From contig CAZZCF010000004.1 of assembly GCA_964652955.1 (NCBI GenBank), positions 12,514 through 76,513 of the forward strand: a DNA stretch of 64,000 nucleotides. Reading direction: 5' to 3'. Shown one piece after another: positions 59,669 to 64,000 of the stretch (the first letter of the stretch is position 1; every line of letters begins with the position of its first letter). Below the pieces are notes generated by a model, which had not been told where the DNA came from, made no database searches, and saw only the letters and a list, made by a program, of their open reading frames with translations. The position numbers were made by a program, and so were the translations under genes. This stretch comes from an uncultured Leptospirales bacterium (GTDB lineage: Bacteria > Spirochaetota > UBA4802 > JAKQUI01).

Positions 59669-61258
59669 ATGCAGGAGAAATCATCAACGGTATATGTCCT
59701 TTCAATCGATCTGGGAAGCGGCGGGCCGAAGGCTGCCGTGATAGCTGACACGGGAGAGGTGATGGGCAGCGGAGCCGAGCGGGTTGAGATTCAACTGCTG
59801 CCCAACGGGGGAGCGGAGCAGGATGCCCGGGAGTGGTGGAACGGCGCCATGCGGGCGGCGAAGAAGGCAATCAGGGAATCGGGTGTCCCGCCGGAGAAAA
59901 TCGTTGCGGTCAGTTGCGATTCGCAGTATTTCGTCATTGTGCCGGTTGATGAGCACGGTGAGCCGCTGATGAACGGTATTAGCTGGATGGATACGCGCGG
60001 GGGGAAGTACAACCGGGAGATTATCAAGGGCTTCCCCAGCGTTCAGGGCTATGACCTTTTCAAGATTATAAAGTGGCTCAGAATTGCGGGAATTCCCCTG
60101 ACCAACACCGGCATCGATGCGACCGGCCATATCCTCTATATCAAGAATGAGCGGCCCGATATTTTCAAGAAGACCTACAAGTTTCTCGAGCCGATGGATT
60201 ATCTGACCTTTCGGCTCACCGGGAAGTGCACCGGCACCCAGCATACCATGGTAACCGTCCCGGCGATAGACAATCGCATCTGGGGGAATCTGAAATACCA
60301 CTCGGGCCTGCTGAAAACACTCGGCCTCGACGAGGATCGGGAGAAATTTCCGGACCTGGTAGAGAACGGAAGCGTGATCGGGACGCTGCAGCAGTCGGTT
60401 GCCGATGAGCTGGGTCTCTCTCCCTCAACGAAAGTCATTGCCGGCATGAACGATACCAGCGCTTCGGCAATCGGCGGCGGAGCGGTGCAGGACGGCGATC
60501 CGCTGATGTATATCGGCACCACGGTCTGCATGACCGCCCATGTTCCCTTCAAGAAGACCGATGTCGTTCACATGCTAGCGACGCTGCCGAGCCCCTTCAC
60601 CTCGAAGCATCTCTTCTTCGGCGAGCAGGGGCTGGGCGGACGGGTGCTGGAGTTTTTTCTGCACAACATCATCTACTGTGATGATTATCTGGAAACGGGA
60701 TCGCTGCCGGATGATGTTTTCGATCGAGTCAATGAAATCGCGAAAGAGGTTCCGGCAGGGAGCGGGAATGTGCTCTTTCTCCCCTGGCTGAACGGGCTGA
60801 TAGTGCCGGAGGAGAATCCCCATGCCCGGGGCGCCTTTTTCAATCTCTCTGTGAATACGTCGAGGGGTCATCTGGCACGCTCTCTCATGGAGGGGATCGC
60901 CTATAACGGCAGGTGGACGCTCAAACCGGCTGAGAAGTTTATCGGACGAAAATTCGACCATTTACGCTTTGCCGGCGGCGGCGCCCTCTCCGATCTGTGG
61001 TCGCAGATCCTTGCCGATGTTCTGCGTGTCTCGATCTATCAGATTGCCGAGCCGACGCATACCGCCGCGCGGGGAAGCGCCCTGTTCGCGTTTTATAAGC
61101 TGGGATACCGCACCCTCGAGGAGCTGCCGGATCTCGTCAGGATAAAAAAGGTGTACGAGCCGGACGACGCGAACCGGCCCGTCTATGACAAGATGTTCGG
61201 ACAGTTTCGCGATCTGTACAGGGGGAGCAAGAAGGTGTTTGCGAGCCTGAACGGATAG
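59669..61258 (+). CDS. FGGY-family carbohydrate kinase
   Basis: N-terminal LSIDLGSGGPKAAV (FGGY_N phosphate 1) and C-terminal FAGGGALSDLWSQILADVL (FGGY_C). Confidence 0.8.
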   Translation: MQEKSSTVYVLSIDLGSGGPKAAVIADTGEVMGSGAERVEIQLLPNGGAEQDAREWWNGAMRAAKKAIRESGVPPEKIVAVSCDSQYFVIVPVDEHGEPLMNGISWMDTRGGKYNREIIKGFPSVQGYDLFKIIKWLRIAGIPLTNTGIDATGHILYIKNERPDIFKKTYKFLEPMDYLTFRLTGKCTGTQHTMVTVPAIDNRIWGNLKYHSGLLKTLGLDEDREKFPDLVENGSVIGTLQQSVADELGLSPSTKVIAGMNDTSASAIGGGAVQDGDPLMYIGTTVCMTAHVPFKKTDVVHMLATLPSPFTSKHLFFGEQGLGGRVLEFFLHNIIYCDDYLETGSLPDDVFDRVNEIAKEVPAGSGNVLFLPWLNGLIVPEENPHARGAFFNLSVNTSRGHLARSLMEGIAYNGRWTLKPAEKFIGRKFDHLRFAGGGALSDLWSQILADVLRVSIYQIAEPTHTAARGSALFAFYKLGYRTLEELPDLVRIKKVYEPDDANRPVYDKMFGQFRDLYRGSKKVFASLNG

Positions 61259-61389
61259 CCGGTCCGACGATCTGAAAATACGCAAGGGCGGGAATCACCA
61301 TTGCAGACAGCGGTCACGGCATGAGGAACTCGTCGAATGGTGCGACGGCCTCGCTGCGACCGGGAAATATCGATCAGGAGGAAAAGGGA

Positions 61390-62799
61390 ATGTCGAATGA
61401 TAATGAACTGCTTGACTCTTTAAAACCGTACCGGAAGCGCTTCAAGAGCTATCAAGCCATTCCGGAGGAGGGGAGGGACCGGGATGATATTTTTTCGGAG
61501 CTCGTAACCATGGCAGAGGAGGAGGATGCGCGATGGAAATCTGGCAAGATCTCCGGCACCTACTATCACGCCGGAGATGAGCATCGTGCCTTTCTCAATA
61601 AGGTCTTCTCTCTCTTCTCTCATGTCAATACGCTGCAGATAGACCTCTGCCCGAGCATGTCGAAATTCGAGAGCGAGATCGTCTCCATGACCGCTCGCAT
61701 GCTCAACGCGGATGCGGTGAAGGCGCACAATCCGGAGGATGAGGTCTGCGGAACGGGAACCAGCGGCGGCAGCGAGAGTATCATGACGGCCATGAGGGTC
61801 TATCGCGATCAGGGCCGCGAGGAGAAGGGGATAACCGAGCCGGAGGTCATCCTGCCGAAGACGGGGCACCCGGCTTTTCGAAAAGCAGGGGAATACTTCG
61901 GGATCACAATTGTCGAAGCGCCGGTGCGGGAGCCCGATTACCTGGTCGATGTCGATGCGGTGCGATCGCTCATCAACAAGAACACGGTCGCGATTGTCGG
62001 CAGCGCCGGCAACTATCCCTACGGCCTGATCGATCCCCTCTCCGATCTATCGGATATTGCGCTTGAGCACGGCGTCGGCTTTCACGTCGACGGATGCCTC
62101 GGCGGATTCATACTCCCCTGGATAGAGAAGCTCGGCTATACCGTTCCGACCTTCGACTTCCGGTTGCCGGGACTGACCTCGATGTCCTCGGATACCCATA
62201 AGTTCGGGTTCGGCCTGAAGGGAACCTCGGTTGTTCTCTATCGAAACAAGAAGCTGCGGCGCTACCAGTTCTTTCAGGTGCCCGACTGGCAGGGAGGGCT
62301 CTACGCTTCCCCGACGATGGCGGGGAGCCGCTCGGGCGGACTGACGGCGTCCACCTGGGCTGCCATGGTATACCTCGGCCAGGAGGGATACCTCAGGGCG
62401 GCGGAAGCAATCATGAAAGTTGCGGTGGCAATGCGGAAGGGGGTTGAGGAGATACCCGAGCTGAAAGTCATCGGCGACCCGACCTTTGTGGTGAGCTTTC
62501 TCTCCGATGAGATTGATATATTTCATGTCAATGATTTCATGAAAGAGCGGGGCTGGCGTTTCAACACCCTGCAGCTCCCGCCGGCGCTGCACTTCTGCGT
62601 GACCATGCCGCAGACCCTGGTTCCCGATATTGCCGATCGGCTGAAAGCGGATCTCACGGAAGGGGTCGCGTATGCGAAGTCGAAAGCGGGGACCCCGGCA
62701 GCGTCGAGCGCCCTCTACGGTATCTCCGGCACGGCCGAGGGTAATCAGATGGTAGTTGATATGCTGGTGGGAGCTTTCGAGCTTCTCTACGAGGTATAG
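61390..62799 (+). CDS. PLP-dependent group II decarboxylase-fold enzyme, sphingosine-1-phosphate-lyase-like
   Basis: SSDTHKFGFGLKGTSVVLYRNKKLRRYQFF closely parallels the eukaryotic SPL PLP-lysine region ([31 protein letters not shown]). No N-terminal TM segment, as in soluble bacterial SPLs. Confidence 0.7.
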   Translation: MSNDNELLDSLKPYRKRFKSYQAIPEEGRDRDDIFSELVTMAEEEDARWKSGKISGTYYHAGDEHRAFLNKVFSLFSHVNTLQIDLCPSMSKFESEIVSMTARMLNADAVKAHNPEDEVCGTGTSGGSESIMTAMRVYRDQGREEKGITEPEVILPKTGHPAFRKAGEYFGITIVEAPVREPDYLVDVDAVRSLINKNTVAIVGSAGNYPYGLIDPLSDLSDIALEHGVGFHVDGCLGGFILPWIEKLGYTVPTFDFRLPGLTSMSSDTHKFGFGLKGTSVVLYRNKKLRRYQFFQVPDWQGGLYASPTMAGSRSGGLTASTWAAMVYLGQEGYLRAAEAIMKVAVAMRKGVEEIPELKVIGDPTFVVSFLSDEIDIFHVNDFMKERGWRFNTLQLPPALHFCVTMPQTLVPDIADRLKADLTEGVAYAKSKAGTPAASSALYGISGTAEGNQMVVDMLVGAFELLYEV

Positions 62800-62964
62800 G
62801 TACTGCTCCGCGAGACATCGGGTATCGGCGCGGCATCGGCTATCCCGGTGGCGTGGGGTAAACTCGCGTCATCGAGCGGAGCGATCGGATTTTTTCGATA
62901 TGTACGAGGGAAGGTTACCCTGAAGTGGTGAAAGGCGATTTTAAGAAAGGGGGAACTATATAAG

Positions 62965-64000
62965 ATGGATATGATAATCAAGAACGGGATGATTGTTGAC
63001 GGAACGGGGCAGGCGCCTTTCAGGGGGCATCTCTCCCTCTCCGGGGATCGGATAGAATCTGTGGTTCGAGCGAACACGCCCGAGGGCGACGCCCTTCTCG
63101 GCAGGGAATATGCGAGCGCTATCGATGCCGGGGGATTTGCCGTCGCACCGGGTTTCATCGACGCGCATAACCATTTCGACTGGGTGCTCCCCCTGCCGGA
63201 TCATGAGTTTCTCTCGCCGATGCTCGAGCAGGGCATCACGACCCTCGTTTCGGGCAACTGCGGGTATTCGCCGGCACCGGTGAGGCGGGGCGAAGACGAT
63301 CTGGTGAACAGCTTCGCCGAGTTCTGCCTCGAGCGTCCCCTCTCCTATACCTGGGGGGGCATGAATGAGTTCCTGGACGTTCTGGAATCGAACGGCGGTC
63401 TCCTCTTCAATAACGTGCAGCTCGTCGGGCACGGCACCGTGCACCTGACGGCGCTCCGCGAGACGGCGAAACGTCCCTCCCCCGAAGAGCTCGGCCGCGT
63501 TTCGACGGTAGCGGGGGAAGCGCTTGCGGGGGGCGCCTTCGGCCTCTCCCTGGGCCTGATGTATCCTCCCGGCATGTATTATACGAAGGAGGATCTCGCA
63601 ATCCTGGCCGCAACAACAGCCAAACAGGGGAAAATCCTGACGGTGCATATGCGGGCGCTCTCGCGTTATTCGACATCGTATCCCAATATCCCCTTCTTCG
63701 GACGGCCGCACAATCTCCGGGCGCTCGAGGAGATGCTGACCATCGGACTTGAGACGGGCGTGAAGCTTCAGATATCGCACTTCATCTTCGTGGGAAGAAA
63801 GAGCTGGGGAACGGTTGAGAAGGCGGTCCGTATGGTTGAGCGGGCAAGAGAGCGGGGGCTTGCGGTTCTGTGGGATATCTATCCGCATTTCTGCGGGAAC
63901 AGCTATCTGAACGTTTTTCTCCCGCTCTGGTTTCAGGAGGATTTATCATCGAACCTCGACAATCCGAAGGCGATCAGGAGAATGAAATTCGAGCTCAGAA
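62965..64000 (+). CDS. amidohydrolase, N-acyl-D-amino-acid deacylase (D-aminoacylase)-like; partial, runs off window end
   Basis: MDMIIKNGMIVDG...APGFIDAHNHFDW metal-binding HxH, GITT, and VSGNCGYS. Not in the supplied ORF track because no stop occurs before 64000. The opposite-strand ORF 62956..63888 is a GC-rich shadow. Confidence 0.7.
   Translation, partial: MDMIIKNGMIVDGTGQAPFRGHLSLSGDRIESVVRANTPEGDALLGREYASAIDAGGFAVAPGFIDAHNHFDWVLPLPDHEFLSPMLEQGITTLVSGNCGYSPAPVRRGEDDLVNSFAEFCLERPLSYTWGGMNEFLDVLESNGGLLFNNVQLVGHGTVHLTALRETAKRPSPEELGRVSTVAGEALAGGAFGLSLGLMYPPGMYYTKEDLAILAATTAKQGKILTVHMRALSRYSTSYPNIPFFGRPHNLRALEEMLTIGLETGVKLQISHFIFVGRKSWGTVEKAVRMVERARERGLAVLWDIYPHFCGNSYLNVFLPLWFQEDLSSNLDNPKAIRRMKFELR

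Noticed and set aside
58882-59751. 289-aa minus-strand ORF antisense to sulfatase/FGGY kinase junction
   Set aside because: Shadow of two strongly supported plus-strand genes.
62956-63888. 310-aa minus-strand ORF covering the last kilobase
   Set aside because: Low-complexity Arg/Pro-rich translation. The opposite strand encodes a coherent amidohydrolase with HxH metal site that continues past the window end. This is a GC-rich shadow ORF.
1-64000. CRISPR arrays, rRNA, tRNA, transposases/integrases
   Set aside because: No regularly spaced direct repeats, no rRNA-like stretches, and no IS/integrase-like ORFs were seen. tRNA cloverleafs could not be identified by eye in the intergenic regions; a tRNAscan run would be needed to be sure.

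Overview
Bacterial chromosomal window with moderate GC and several AT-rich islets, densely coded on both strands. It is mostly housekeeping and envelope or signalling genes; the lineage is uncertain.

Main content, in order:
- An RtcB-like RNA ligase homolog followed by a Dph6/MJ0570-family PP-loop ATP pyrophosphatase (1-2.2 kb).
- A peptide and amino-acid scavenging neighbourhood: APC permease, membrane M28 peptidase, MFS transporter, M24 peptidase (2.8-8.1 kb).
- A PAS-GGDEF-EAL protein divergent from a large REC-PAS(xN)-HisKA_2 hybrid histidine kinase, which is followed by a RelA/SpoT (small alarmone synthetase-like) domain fused to TPR repeats (8.3-15 kb).
- An M23 peptidase, a SAM methyltransferase, hemolysin III, and a TetR-SCP2-M24 operon (15-23 kb).
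- A decayed AT-rich islet with an orphan RHH protein, gene remnants (MTA nucleosidase fragment, GyrI-like fragment) and a ferredoxin (20-24.3 kb).
- A complete N-degron locus bpt-clpS-clpA-aat (25.2-29.3 kb).
- A CsgG-like/TPR protein, a lamin-tail-domain lipoprotein and a PilZ protein (29.3-32.4 kb).
- leuA preceded by a Leu-rich leader peptide plus terminator, i.e. a classical attenuator (32.7-34.6 kb).
- A minus-strand envelope cluster including an LTA-synthase-like enzyme (34.6-40.4 kb).
- An L,D-transpeptidase, recA, map, a MaoC dehydratase, a thioredoxin-like lipoprotein, a CoA-disulfide-reductase family enzyme and tgt (40.9-48.3 kb).
- A STAS antagonist and a LysM lipoprotein, then a full MoxR-DUF58-BatABCD (Bat/aerotolerance-type) operon (48.5-57.8 kb).
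- A sulfatase, an FGGY kinase, a sphingosine-1-phosphate-lyase-like PLP enzyme and a partial D-aminoacylase-like amidohydrolase (58-64 kb).

No rRNA, CRISPR array or transposase was recognised, and no tRNA could be identified by eye. The most unusual candidates are the SAS-TPR fusion next to the hybrid kinase, the RtcB-like/PP-loop ATPase pair, and the leu attenuator.
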